Origin: Tubiluchus corallicola
Lineage: Eukaryota; Animalia; Priapulida
Assembly: GCA_030141605.1 (NCBI GenBank)
Contig: JAQGDQ010000584.1
Location: 62,001 to 126,000 of the forward strand
Direction of reading: 5' to 3'
DNA: 64,000 bases
The stretch's first letter is position 1. Each line of letters starts with the position of its first letter. The notes beneath the pieces were generated by a model. It saw only the letters and a program-made list of their open reading frames with translations. It made no database searches and was not told the DNA's origin. The translations under genes and the position numbers were made by a program. Of this stretch, positions 25,404 through 38,829 are shown piece by piece.

Positions 25404-26865
25404 CCCTCAGCCACCGGAAACATTTTACAGTTACAAGAAAAGCGGCAATGGGGTTTAATTGCACCCCGAGCATAAACACAGAACAAACACTAGTGTATCA
25501 CTTCTATAGGCTACTAAACTATGTCACGTCTTTGACTATTTTGTTGCATTGGTGTATGCTGTATTACGTCATTTACATGTCCACATGTATTAGGAAATTA
25601 CAAAAACAAAATCTTCTGACGTTTTTATATAGCAAATAATGTTACTTTTTTGAATTAAACACCAGTTATCGACGAATCATAATTTTGTAAAGCTAATAGG
25701 ATGACGTACATAGATAATTGTTTCTGTTATCGCTTCTGTACTCCGTGGGCTTGGTTTATTTAAATTTTAAATGTTAACTAATGAATTACTAGTGTTAATG
25801 AACTGACTATCTATGTTTCTATATTCTTGATAACCAGTTGTATGTGTATCTGTTCTCAACTAAAATGTATTTGTTGCACAGTGGAAAAACTCTGATCAGT
25901 AATATTACTGCATGTCAATCCACTTAAAATAAATAAAGCTTATATAATATGACTTTACTTAATTATTTCAAGGCCTAACTTAGCCACAACAACGGTCAAA
26001 TATTTACAATATTCCAAAGTCAAGTAACATGCACTATAAAAATATCTAGCATCTGTCTGCCTTCCGATTTTTGTCTACAGACATGAAATAACAGAGAAGT
26101 CAAGGGTTAATGAGTCTCTGATATGTTCATTTACGGTGGCCGAGGGTTAATGAGTCTTTGATATGTTCATTTACGGTGGCCGAGGGTTAATGAGTCTTTG
26201 ATAAGTTCATTTACGGTGGCCGAGGGTTAATGAATCTTTGATATGTTCATTTCCGGTGGCCGAGGGTTAATGAGTCTTTGATATGTTCATTTACGGTGGC
26301 CGAGGGTTAATGAGTCTCTGATATGTTCATTTCCGGTGGCCGAGGGTTAATGAATCTTTGATATGTTCATTTCCGGTGGCCGAGGGTTAATGAGTCTTTG
26401 ATATGTTCATTTACGGTGGCCGAGGGTTAATGAGTCTTTGATATGTTCATTTCCGGTGGCCGAGGGTTAATGAATCTTTGATATGTTCATTTACGGTGGC
26501 CGAGGGTTAATGAGTCTTTGATATATTCATTTACGGTGGCCGAGGGTTAACGAATCTTTGATATGTTCATTTCGGTGGCCGAGGGTTAATGAGTCTTTGA
26601 TATATTCATTTACGGTGGCCGAGGGTTAACGAATCTTTGATATGTTCATTTCCGGTGGCCGAGGGTTAATGAATCTTTGATATGTTCATTTCCGGTGGCC
26701 GAGGGTTAATGAATCTTTGATATGTTCATTTCCGGTGGCCGAGGGTTAATGAGTCTTTGATATGTTCATTTACGGTGGCCGAGGGTTAATGAGTCTTTGA
26801 TATATTCATTTCCGGTGGCCGAGGGTTAACGAATCTTTGATATGTTCATTTCCGGTGGCCGAGGG
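25404..26865. mobile_element. piggyBac-type non-autonomous element with amplified right terminus
   Basis: TTAA-CCCTCAGCCACCGGAAA ... TTTCCGGTGGCCGAGGG-TTAA. Confidence 0.85.
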
Positions 26866-26875
26866 TTAATGAATC
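26103..26875. repeat. 40-bp minisatellite, 19 copies
   Basis: Unit GAGGGTTAATGARTCTTTGATATGTTCATTTMCGGTGGCC. Confidence 0.97.
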
Positions 26876-27113
26876 ACCAATATGCTCAACAACTGTTTAC
26901 TCGAGGAAGATGTGCCATTTACATGAACCCGGGTTACTGCAGACTAAACATTATCATGCGCTTAGTCTTTGGACTACCATTCGCCTTATTAGTCCATCAC
27001 AATGAGGTTTTACCATACCTATCATCCACTATTACTTACTAGAGCGGTACGAGCAATAAGTACATACGAGTATATCACAAGTTTTTAAGTTTTTTCAGGA
27101 TTTAGGAAGGCAC

Positions 27114-27523
27114 AATAAACCTTTTCACAGTTTCGCTCAGCGCAAGCTGTAGCTGTAGTAGCAGTAAGTCAAAGGTTAAGTGTACCACGGCAATGCATCT
27201 TACTACAACTGTCACTTGACATGTGGGTAAAGCAAAGCCATGTGCCGCCTCAGTTCTGCAACGTCAGTTGTTTTAGTTGTTTACGCGGTCTTTACTTAAT
27301 TATGCATTAGTCTGTGCATACGAGTCGTTTACTAGCTGAATCTTGCTCGAGAACAAGAAAAAATGAACTAGGTAAGGCTCTAGCTAGCTGTTAAAACTGT
27401 TACAATTACAACAGCATAGGCTGTGAGGCGTTGTCAAGTGTACACAAATGCGTTGTCTGGTACACTTAATCTTTGACCTTTTCATGATCATTATCAATAA
27501 CTGGAACTGTGAAAAGGCTTATT
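27114..27523. mobile_element. MITE family F
   Basis: 19-bp TIR AATAARCCTTTTCACAGTT; partial copies at ~2893-3245, 30826-30960, 51900-52200. Confidence 0.75.
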
Positions 27524-27598
27524 ATAAAAAAAGTCTACCTCGAAAAGAGAAAACACAGCAGACAACGGATACCTTTGCCAACAGCAAACATGCTCACA

Positions 27599-27803
27599 TC
27601 ACATTGTGGCATCGCTAGGATTTCTCATACCAGCGGTGACCAGTGGCTCCCCCTGGATGAACAGGCGAATGTCGCAACCGCTGATGGAAAATTCGATGTC
27701 CTTGCAGCGAACGAAGGTGTTGCCTTCCGGATGCTTCTGCTCACGATGCACCTGAAGGGACAGGTGTCTTGTAAACGCTTTCCCACACATTGCACATATG
27801 AAC
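27599..27803 (-). CDS. ZF gene last exon, finger 11 (FICAMCGKAF...HREQKH) to stop
   Basis: tttcag acceptor, phase 2; TGA at 27599-27601; 3' end uncertain because of an internal GTATGA. Confidence 0.85.
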
Positions 27804-28529
27804 CTGAAATCAAAGTATTTCAAGCCTGGTAAGTATTTACTCAAAACGTTTAAAGGAAAACACCTTGATTTTTCATATCCTGCCCAATTTTGAACTACGG
27901 TAAAGGTATACATATTAACACACATAATAATGCCAAAGCGTTTCTGATAATTGAATAATAGGTTAAAAACTCGATTAATGACAGTCAAGCCCAAGTAGCA
28001 TTGGCATCACAAGTGAACATAATTTTCAGCAGCACAAACATTCCACGTGCGTGTTGCACGTAGCAAAAATTGAAATGCAGTGCTATCTTACAACATTCAG
28101 TGTGATACACAAAAAATCGGCAAGTTTTAAGTTTAAAATTCAAATTTCAAGTCTACCATTGCACTCAAGCATCTTAAACAAGTGCACTACATCACAACTG
28201 AACACCTTTGAATCAAGAGGTACAGAACCTGTTTTTATTGTGCAACATGTTTCTAAGATGCATTGATAGTGCGCATCTAACTAGCGAATGGTGAAATGCA
28301 TGTAACAATGAAGAACTAGGTTTCTGCAGTAATAATTCTTTCACGCAAGTCATTCGTGAAAAAAATAGTATCTTTCTTTTCAATATCCTATAGCTGAGAA
28401 TGTTTTGAGCTACAGTTTAAGATTGGATTTGTTTTTCCTTCAACTACCGGACCATCTAAATAACAAAAATAACGTTATTGAAAAACTGTGAACAACTCGG
28501 GGTTTGAACCAGGCTTGCAAAACTACACT

Positions 28530-29200
28530 AATGTAATGTAAAGTTTATTTATATAGCGCACTACATCATTTAAAATCTGAGCATCCTGAACAATAAAATA
28601 CATTTAAAATTCACAAAAAACATCAAATTCAAACGACACTGAAAATTAAAAATAATTCATCATAGAAAGTACAATTTAAACAAAGGTGTTTTAAGATGTT
28701 GTTTAAAACAATCTTTCAAACAAAGGTGTTTTAAGATGTCGTTTAAAACAATCTTTCAAACAAAGGTTTTTAAGATGTCGTTTAAAACAATCTTTTAAAC
28801 AAAGGTGTTTTAAGATGTTGTTTAAAACAATCTTTCAAACAAAGGTGTTTTAAGATGTCGCTTAAAACAATCTTTCAAACAAAGGTGTTTTAAGATGTCG
28901 CTTAAAACAATCTTTCAAACAAAGGTGTTTTAAGATGTCGCTTAAAACAATCTTTCAAACAAAGGTGTTTTAAGATGTTGCTTAAAACAATCTAGAACAA
29001 TGTAGCAACATGTAAATTATTCCAGAGACGTGAAGCACAGACAGAGAAAGCTTTTCCACCAGAGAATGCTGTTCTATGAATTGGCTGATGTAAATTAATT
29101 TATTCATTAGCATTAGAACGAAGCGTTCGGCCTACGTTACAGCGTACTAAAAGATCAGTAGTACTGTAACCAGTATTTTTGTGGGCAATTGGCAGTATTG
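28530..29200 (-). mobile_element. L2/CR1-type LINE 3' fragment
   Basis: Peptides GRTLRS, GGKAFSVCASRLWNNL, FKQHLKTPLF; tail GCGCTATATAAATAAA...(TACAT)n. Confidence 0.8.
28677..28992. repeat. 40-bp minisatellite, ~8 copies, inside the LINE
   Basis: Unit TTCAAACAAAGGTGTTTTAAGATGTCGCTTAAAACAATCT. Confidence 0.95.
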
Positions 29201-30037
29201 CTTTTGTTCAACAACCGTTGCAGTAATTATGTATAAAACTAACACGTGTGAAATACAATAACAGATATTACAGCACTATCCCCTCAGTTCACACCTTTAA
29301 CGTGGACATTACAAATCACTTAGGCATGTCAATAAACTTGTAAACACAGTAACATTACCACAAAAAGAGTATAAACATGAAATGACTACGAAAGCAGTGT
29401 AACGATTTGCCGAGGGACTCTCCCAAACAAAAAAGATTTTGTGTGAAAAAGCAAAAATATCGATGAACCGACACAGACGAGAATTCAAGTCATAGATATA
29501 AAAATACACTAATTGTACGAGAATCCAAGTCATAGATATAAAAAAGACATAAATTATACTAAATTTGGAAACCGCTGTCCTATACCGGCAATTCCTATTA
29601 GCGAAAATAAATTTAGTGAAAAAATATCGATGAACCGACACAGACGAGAATCCAAGTCATAGATATAAAAAAATACATTATTTATGCTAAATTTGGACTG
29701 CAGGCCTCTATCACAGTAGCGGGCACGATTACACATTTCTCATCGTAGACATCGACATAGACATTTTACTTATTTCCTCATTTACACTAGAATACAAATA
29801 GGCTATAATAATTACTATAATTATTAATTAATCAGAATAAATTATGAATAAAGGAAAGAGTTAGGTGGGTGCAGGAGAAAGGGTAGCAAAAGACCAATTG
29901 GTCTTCAAGTCAGCTACCCTTTTCAGGTTTGTGTAAATTGTAAAAAAAATTGTATTTGTACTGCTACCTAAACAGTTCCAGGCTGTAAACTTAAGAAGCC
30001 AATTTGACACAGTATATAAATGCAGCAGTCGCCATAC

Positions 30038-30707
30038 CTGGTTTTGTGAGTCTTCACGTGACGCTGTAACTTGGCTTCATCTGCGAATGCCACGCCGCAC
30101 TCTTTACATTTGCTCATCGTCTTGACGGTGGCGAGTTGCTGGTGCTCCATACGGTGCTGGTGGAGCTCCTTCCGGGAGAAGAAGAGCTGCTCGCACACCT
30201 CACAGCAGTGATGTCCGTTTGATGACTGGTGATACTGCAGGGCCGTCAGCGACGGATACGGTATGTTGCAGACCGGACAGAAGTACTTCTGGCTCTGACC
30301 TCGTGGTTCCACCATGGCCGACGGCGCCGTGTCCGGACGCATGCTGAGATCTAGCGCCTGGACGAGTAGCGGTGCAGAATACATGGGCGAAGAAAGAGGC
30401 GCGATCGGACTAGGCTGAATCGCTAGTGGGAGTGGAGCGCCTAGAGAAGCGGGAACCAAAGGAGGCGGAATGGGAGGAACGGTCGCTGGGGGAGGTTCGG
30501 CAGACCTTTCGAATTTCTGGGGATGAGAATTCTTTCGTCGCTCCTTTGCCACACGAGGTAGAATCTGAGGAAGGCTGAAGTTTCGTTTCTCCGCAACTGG
30601 GTTATCCTCCGATGGAGGTTCCGGTGTGGAAGGGGCAAGTTCCATAGCCTCCTCCTCGCTTCTCTGAATGGTTTCGTCTATCGCTTGCTCAATATGTTCC
30701 ATTGGAG
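30038..30707 (-). CDS. ZF gene exon: Pro-rich region, ALDLS motif, fingers 8-10
   Basis: tttttag / GTATGG, phase 1-2; CPVC, CEVC and CKEC fingers. Confidence 0.93.
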
Positions 30708-31140
30708 CTAAAAAAACAACATTTTTAAATAATTAGGTGATACAGAAAGAAGAACATCAGAACAAAGAATTTAGAAAATAGTTTTCATAAGACGATATTT
30801 TTACAGGAATTTGGAATCCAACAACAATAAGCCTTTTCACAGTTCCAGAAACTGATGATGACCGTTAAAAGGTCAAAGCTTAAGTGTACCACTCAACACA
30901 TTTATGTACACTTGACAATGTCTCTCAGTCCATGCTGTTGTAATAGTAACAGTTTTAGCCACTCCACTAGAGGATATATTCCCACACAAAACTGAAGGGT
31001 AAAAGATTGTCCAGGAAAAATCAATAACCCTATAACAGAACTTTTATGTCCTAATGAAAATAAACACTTCTGACTGGAGCTACTTTAAGAGAAAACTCAG
31101 ACAGTTTAGAGTAAGACTGTGAAGTTAAGCAATAGATTAC

Positions 31141-31292
31141 CGGGATTGACAGCATGAGGTTTGGAGTTTTCCATGTCAAAGTCAAACGTTGAGTGCAACT
31201 CATGGTAACTTGCCAGATTCTTGCAGACGTACGTCGTCATGTTGCAAACGTCGCACTTTGATATTCCCGTGTTAATAACGTCTTTTGCTAAC
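31141..31292 (-). CDS. ZF gene exon with degenerate finger (LAKDVINTGISKCDVC...YHELH...AVNP)
   Basis: ttgtag / GTAATC, phase 2-1, bridges the 44973 and 30707 splice sites in frame. Confidence 0.8.
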
Positions 31293-31337
31293 CTACAATG
31301 CAAAAACGTGAGTCAAATTCAAATTCAGTTTATTTCT

Positions 31338-31430
31338 CCAGTAAACTACAATTACAAATACCAGTAAACTACAATTACAAATACCAGTAAACTACAATTA
31401 CAAATACGAGTAAACTACAATAACAAATAC
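31338..31430. repeat. 23-bp tandem repeat, 4 copies
   Basis: Unit CCAGTAAACTACAATTACAAATA. Confidence 0.9.
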
Positions 31431-33933
31431 ACGAACAAATTATAATGGAAAAAACAAAAATAAATTTAATTTAATGAACGTACATTTGTGACACACTAAA
31501 CGCACTGTACTGTTGAAGTTTGCTACATGGCAGCTGCGCCGGAGACCTTGTTATGCCTCCATGAAATGTGAAATGAAGAAAGAAGAATGAAGAATATGAG
31601 AAAAGAGAGCCTTTGAGACTGGAGAATAAAAAGAGCTATGTAACAGATCGCTGAAGAAAGACAAAATGGCACAAGTAGAAAGGAAAACAATGACCATATT
31701 GAGATAAGCATGTGGCAGACAATATGTTACTAGATGCTATTCAAATGGTAATTTTCATCAAGGAACTTCAAGAGTAAACATTTTATTGACAAAAAGATAC
31801 CTCTGAAATCAGAAGAAACAATGTAAAGGATAAACATCAGTCACAAGTATGTCATCTCAGAAGGAAGTGTAGAAATAGTTAAAAATGTTTTGACAGGTCG
31901 GAAACTGAAGCATCTGTATAAATCAACACCTGACCAAGTGACATGGCTTAACTGAATTTCAAATGTTTTTAGGCCTGCTCTTGATTCGTATGGCGACACT
32001 ACCACAAGCCTGATTTAAGAAAAGTTATGTAGCAATGTCTCCTGAACGTACAGAACAGAACTCAAATAACGAAAAATTTGGAAAGCACTTCAGGTTTTCA
32101 TGTTGTTACATTCGGTTTTTTGGTCAAATCTGATTGCCCTGCCCTCCAGCTAGCAGTACTGAAAGTTGTAACACAATTATGAAATAAAGACAGTCTGATT
32201 TCTTCACCAGCATGTTACTTGGCACTTTGCAAAAAAGTTTCTTATTTCTGACCACTGAGGCTTATACCTTTAAACACGGCAAGAGGTCAAAGGTCACCAA
32301 GTTGCTACCCGTCCCACTCAAAAGATCACAGACCTGTGAGTTTCTTGAGGTTAATTTGTGCAGTTTGGGAATTTTAACTAACACCTGAGTGGGGCAAAAT
32401 AACCAAAAATGGAACAACAATATTATACAATTTTGCTACAGCCATGAACTTTACAGTCAGTCTGATAATTTATTTACGATTACAACGCCAGAGTGAGTAG
32501 ACTATAGTCAAACCTCTTTGTACCGCGAAGTTTGGGACTGCGGAAGAAGGCGGTGTCAAGTGAATTTCACATTACAACAAGGTGCATTAATACGTTACAT
32601 CTCTACGCAAATACACTACCTATTTGGCTTCTGCTAACTACTTAATTAGTGCATGATAGGCTCTGCCTACATAAATTGGTTGCATGTTTGTAAATTTACC
32701 ACCGACGACGACAGCGCCAGCCAATCGAAACGTTTGGCATGATCTTAACTTTTTAACGTAAAGTTTTAAGAAAGTTGTGTTGTTTTTAACTATAAACATT
32801 TTGTCTTGTCAAAAACCTGGATGCTGAGTGAGTCTAGCATTATAAAGGGGGGCATTATAGCAAGGTTTGACTGTGATTATTTATGAGATTTGATAAAATG
32901 AAAGGGTTAAAAAGTTGAACACCAACCAAGAGATGCTACAGGACTAGTCAACAAAAATTTAGAATAGTACGTGTATCTCTATGTCGTTCCATAAGACATT
33001 ATGTTACAACAAATAACTGTTACAACAACACTTAGCAAAAAGATATTGTCTAAAACTGACAAGAATCATGACTGCATCATACAACATGCAGAAAAATAAA
33101 AGCTTTGTACCTTTCTAGAAGAAAATCAACTTCTATCCATCATAGAGAATCAGTTTAAAAATACAATCATAAAAAGTTCAGATTAGTTTTTGATTACAAT
33201 AACAAATACTTTATAGTAAGATATCATTGATCATTGTCGGAGTTGAAAATAATATTCAAAACACATAGAATACAATGTTAAAATGGGAGGGAAAGCCAAT
33301 TGCTCTAAGCAGTTTTGCAAGATGTTTTGACGGAAGGGCTCACGAACGGCCACGTTTAACAATTTCTTCCAGTGGCTTCATTTGACTGTTTACTTCAATG
33401 AACATGTATACGCATCTGCTGGTTCGGTGGCTCATGTTAAGCGTGACTCCATGTGTATCAAAGGCACACAAATGCACAACACAAACACAACAACTTCTTA
33501 CTGTTTCCGCATGTATGTAATGTGCAATGCATTCTTCAAATTCATCGAAACGTGTTCGCTATCATCCACATCCGTGTTACGCAGCAATCCGCAGGCCATA
33601 AGCAGCTGTTGCACAGATCATTTAGGAACTTTCCTGTTTCCTGTGACAACTTTACTGCACTTTCTTTTCTGTCTGATAAAATCTAAGCTAACGACATCAC
33701 TGTACTTTGTCTCGATCACCGCGGCGCAATTTTGGCAGCAATTTCACACAAACAGCAACCAAACAGCACAAAGCATAACACGGTATTTTTTAATACTCAA
33801 AAAAAATAGTCGATATGCATTACATGGAGTCTAGCTTTAATACCTGTCACAAAATAATGCATTAGTAAGCTGCTGATTCCTACTTGAACCGTACTTAAAA
33901 ATAGTATAGACTGCAAAGAAAACAGCATCTTAA

Positions 33934-34475
33934 AGGAAAACCGGATGATTGTGTAAACATTAGTTCAGAATAAGCAATGCTCTAAAATATTGAAAACTAC
34001 GATAGCTTTTTGTAAATCAAAGTTTAGATTAAAATAATAATTACCTCAGATACTCAAATTTCGTTAAACTTTCAAAGCTACACGCAGCTCGGTGAATCTA
34101 CTAAGATTGGCAAGAGCACTTTTTGTCACATTCGCGTGGCCGACAAATAGAAGACGGTACCGTGATAACCATGATCAGGAACTGCAGTGTTAGTTTCTGT
34201 TGTCATATGACGTAGAGTCCATTTTCGTGACATTATGCGTCTAAGCAGTAACACTTACGCAAACATGCTTGACGCACAAAGGGAGACGCCCGCCATTGCA
34301 TAAACTGTAATTAGTTTCTGACGTAACCAATAACTGTGTTTGGTTGCTGTCAATTAACTTTCTAAGTTAAATATTCAAACATAAGAAAGAATTGCTAACT
34401 TTTATAGGCAAGAAAATGTACATTTTGAACAGTAAATTAAATGAGATTGAGTCTAAACAATCGTCTGGTTTTCCT
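33934..34475. mobile_element. Kolobok-like MITE (TTAA TSD)
   Basis: TTAA-AGGAAAACCGGATGATTG ... CAATCGTCTGGTTTTCCT-TTAA. Confidence 0.82.
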
Positions 34476-36550
34476 TTAACTTGCAAAAAGGCAAGAAGAG
34501 CGATCGATACACAAACTATAACAACAAAAGATTTTCACATAGGTGTTTATTTATTTTTAAAAATGACGGCAAAAACAATTACGTACAGAAACCAATGGAC
34601 AAATACTGATAAACATATTGCACAGAGAATAACATTTGTATATTATATATATTTATATATTATTTATACCATATTTTTTAAGAATCACTGAAAATTAACT
34701 CCAGGTTTAATTTGACCCTTCGTTTAATTTTTGCTTATTACAATTTACAATATAACTATTACAATTTTCTGTATCAAACTATTTTAATGATAAACCTAAT
34801 TAACGAAAGAGCAGGAGTGCAGCTTCACAAGAACACAGTCTTATAAAACAACTGTAAGATCAATTGGTGTTACGACATTTCGATGCATGTTTTGTGTCAA
34901 GTGTAAAACCTTTGTCTGGTGCTTTTTATTTGTACCACGTAAAAAGAAAATTAAAATATAATTTTCTGAAAGAGATATAAAGTAATTGGTTAATTTCAAC
35001 ACATGCTTTAAAGCCACTTAGCAGCCTGGCAAAGATGAAAATGTCTCACACGTTTGCAGGTCGCATATAAACAGAACACGGCAAAACTGTCAATTAATGC
35101 TAGAGCTAATTTTCAGTGATTTGTAATGTAATTAAGCTAAATTCAGCATACAGCAACAATCATACACGCTTATAGTTACGTATCTATACTGCATAATCTT
35201 AAACGGTAAAATACTAACGTAATAAATTAATAAATAAAAAAAAACTCCGCAATAAATGACTAAGCTCTACTATCCACGACTAAAACATGTATTTACAATA
35301 TCTATGAAGGTAGAACGCTAATTACACGAATAACGGCAGAACGCTATAAACACTGGCAGAACTAAATGGCACAATGTAATAGAACTAATTAGTAATATGG
35401 GTAGTAAAAGGCAATTTACAGCAAGGAGGATGTATGCAAATGGCAATAGAAGTAGAGATTATTTCAGTTATATTTATCAAAATTTGAATATTATAAGTCA
35501 ATAACGTAACTAATAATGACTGCAGCACTAACTACAAACATGCAAAAAAAACGAAACAAAAATAAACAAACCATAATTCTAACAAAGCGAGACGGAATTA
35601 CTTCGGTGAGTGAAAAAAACCATGCCGAAGTCCCTGTTGTTCAGCATGCTACGAATTACGCGATCAAAAATGCCTGTTCTCGTTCAACATGCCACTAGTT
35701 TACAAGAGATAAAATAACAGACTTCTTCAGAAACTCGACCTTACAAAATCACGAGCATTTAATGTCACTATAACAGTTTTAAAAACAAAAAATAAACAAC
35801 TTACGTGAACGAGAAGCACATAATACGTTAAACAATTTAAGTACAACATGAAAACACTTTTATGTTATAAACATGTTCACTTTGGCCGCAGAACTTCTGA
35901 AAATGTCCTTAATAACATTAGGAACATGTTCACACTGGTTTCAGAAAAAGTTTTAAATTGAATGAGTTGAAGTTTAACAAGCCGCCACAAATGGAAAATT
36001 CACATTTATTGCAGCTCAGAGCAAAAGCCCCGATAATATTTCCACAAGCTTTATAACTACTTTATAACTAATGACTAGTGAATATTACGCATTTAAATAG
36101 AACAACACAGCAAAACATTTTCTCAGCACCTTTCTGCACAACTACATCTGGGAGAAACGTAGCCAAAAATATCGTTAACAATTAATTTAATATTATTCTT
36201 CTAAAACACTAATCTGACCTCATAATCTATTTATACAATGAAATAAGCACTTGCTCTTTTTTCTGATTGGTCGATAGCATTCTCCTGCAGCGGGACAACC
36301 AATCAAAGCTGTTCGATATAAAGTAGTTGCAGGGAACTTGTACCCCCATGTGAACAGACATTTACAATACCAAAAACTATAATCATTGGCTTCCGGAAGC
36401 CTACATCATCTCCGGGATAAGTCCCAGCATCAAAAGAAAATTCGTATATTGTTTTAAATTGACTATAATAATAGACAGTACAACAATTTTAACCACAATA
36501 CTGATAACTGTAATTCACAAAAAATGGAACAACACTAGTAGTAAGCTCAT

Positions 36551-37047
36551 CTAACAAATTTCACTTTTAATATCAGCCGCCAGGGCGGCATTGCAATCAA
36601 TGTAATTATTATGTACACTGTTATTATGTTGACTGTCCTCACATTTAATTGGCTTCTCCAAGCCATTTTGAAGCAAATGCAACAGTTCGTCTGGATTCTT
36701 TAGTGGGGCTGAAAATGTCGACATTCCCGGTAGGAGAACCTCGTAATTTGAAGTGGTTGATATGCCACCACCTGACGGAAAACATTCGTTGAGTATCGCC
36801 GTGTCAAGGTCAAATGCTGGCTGGACGTTGCGTAACGTCTCGTATATGGGGCTCGACACCGGAAGCCCCGTCACATCCTGAGTATTAACCGTTTCGGTTG
36901 GTGGAAGGGGATAATGCGCATCGAAGAGTGATGGGTCATTTTCAACAGCCGGTGGGTCATCAAACAGAGGACTTTCCGTATCACCCAGGCTGTTCTCTTC
37001 CTTAAGTTTCTCGACCGCGGCTTTTGTCTCGCGACTCTCTTCAGATT
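36551..37047 (-). CDS. Alternative terminal exon (ESEESRETKAAVEKLKEE...DIKSEIC*)
   Basis: ctgcag acceptor, phase 1; ~165 open codons, GC-richer than flanks; TAG at 36551-36553. Confidence 0.7.
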
Positions 37048-38058
37048 CTGCAGAAGAAAAATGAGGAAACTTAATCGAGAGAAAACAATGGCTGCCATAA
37101 AAGTGACAGAAGTAAAACATAATGAACAGCAATAATGTAATAGCTAACACAGGAAAATAGGACTCAGAATGAGCAATGATTTCCGTTTTTAGCAGCGTCG
37201 GTAAAAAAAGAATCAAAATAATGCACCCAAAGAATGTGGTTGCACTATGCAGTAGGTTTAAATGCCACACAAACACTCAGAGAGATAGCTAAACTCGCAC
37301 AACAGTGAGACAACAATGGGCACCAAATGTACAAGAGAAAAACCACATTCGATTGCTAGGCATAAACAGCCCTAGAATGACACAGTTTTGAAGTACTGTT
37401 CAATGTGCAGGCTAGCAATCTTTCTTTGTGCATGCGTGGCATTTAAAATCTAGGACACTATCATCATAAATACACAGTAGCAAACAATGAAAAAAATCCA
37501 TGACAAAAGCTTAAATTGTCTACACTGTATTAACAATTTAGCAAAACTTAATTTAACAGAAATTTAATACATGATGTAACTAAACTCAAATGACATCAAC
37601 ACCACACACAAACAACAAAAAGAGACAAACACCTGCAAATCATACAATCTACAATGGCACACATGTGCAAAAGTACCACCCAAGGAAAAGGGTTATCAGG
37701 GAAAGATTCAGATTTTGGTCCCTACTCACTATCTTCAAACTCTCCCTGTGGGGACCCAGTCGCATTGACTGCCCAACCTAAGGCATGCCTTGTAATGGAT
37801 TAGCTGAAAGCTTTAGATGAAATAAGTCAAACGGCATTATTACACTCTGCATTAAAGAACCATTGATGTCACTTTGGCAATCAAGTCCTGCAGGTGAACA
37901 GACTACAAATCTACATAATTTTGCCATTTCAAAGTCACAGGTAAAAACTCGTGTACTAAATAAAGGCCGAACTAACTAACTGATGCGGCTGACATTCGAA
38001 TGTTTTGAACAGTGATTAACGCACATTGGCATCTTGACTTTCGTCGGACTTCTATGTA

Positions 38059-38570
38059 CAGTCATACCTCTGTTTTCGATCATAATTCGTTCCTAAAAAG
38101 TGTTTGAAAACCGATTTGGTTGAGTGCCGAATCATTTATTCTCATAAGAAATAATGTAAAAGCAAATAATCCGTTCTCACGTGCCAAATGAACTGTAAAG
38201 TATTACTAAAACGAAATATAATAACGCAAAAATATTTATTCAAACAGTAGATATGATATAAATGATAAGAAAAACATAATAGAATTATTTAAAAAGAAAA
38301 ACGTAATTATTCCTGCATGAAAAAAGTTAAGTGCTGGTAGCAGTGTGATGGCATACGTAAGCAAGAGCAGAAACACATGCGTGACTACTCTCGGGCGCGG
38401 TCGGTTACGCTCAGCTCTACTCGGCTTGCCGCGCATGAGTTCATCACGTGTTTGGCGGCTAGTCGAGTATCGAAATTCTGGTCAAGAGAGGAGACAATTC
38501 CAGCTCGAATTTTCTGATCAAAAACCGATTTGTACGAGTATGGAGACATTTGAAAATGGAGGTATGACTG
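38059..38570. mobile_element. MITE family B, inverted full copy
   Basis: Same TIRs and TA TSD; reverse complement of 4213-4713. Confidence 0.88.
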
Positions 38571-38829
38571 TACTTTACCAAAATAAAATGACAAATTGAA
38601 AGTAGAATGTAACAGAGTTAACATTTTTTTTTGTTAATAAACGTTTGAAGTTTTCAAAATAGTAAGTAAAATCAAAAATACTATTGTATATATCCCATTT
38701 TCCTAACGAAATGTACCTCTCCAAACTCTATTCTCAAGCATACCACATACACAGAACTGTTCACTACAACTTCATCTATAGAATTCGTTAGCAGCTACAA
38801 TATCATCTTTAACGAGTAAAAATTATTAC

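Noticed and set aside
26103-26875. CRISPR-like look of regular repeats (also 9686-9855, 17257-17645, 39210-40707)
   Set aside because: Head-to-tail units with no unique spacers, no cas genes, eukaryotic intron context
29968-30702. Stand-alone 244-aa ZF gene
   Set aside because: Bounded by in-frame splice sites; internal exon of the larger gene
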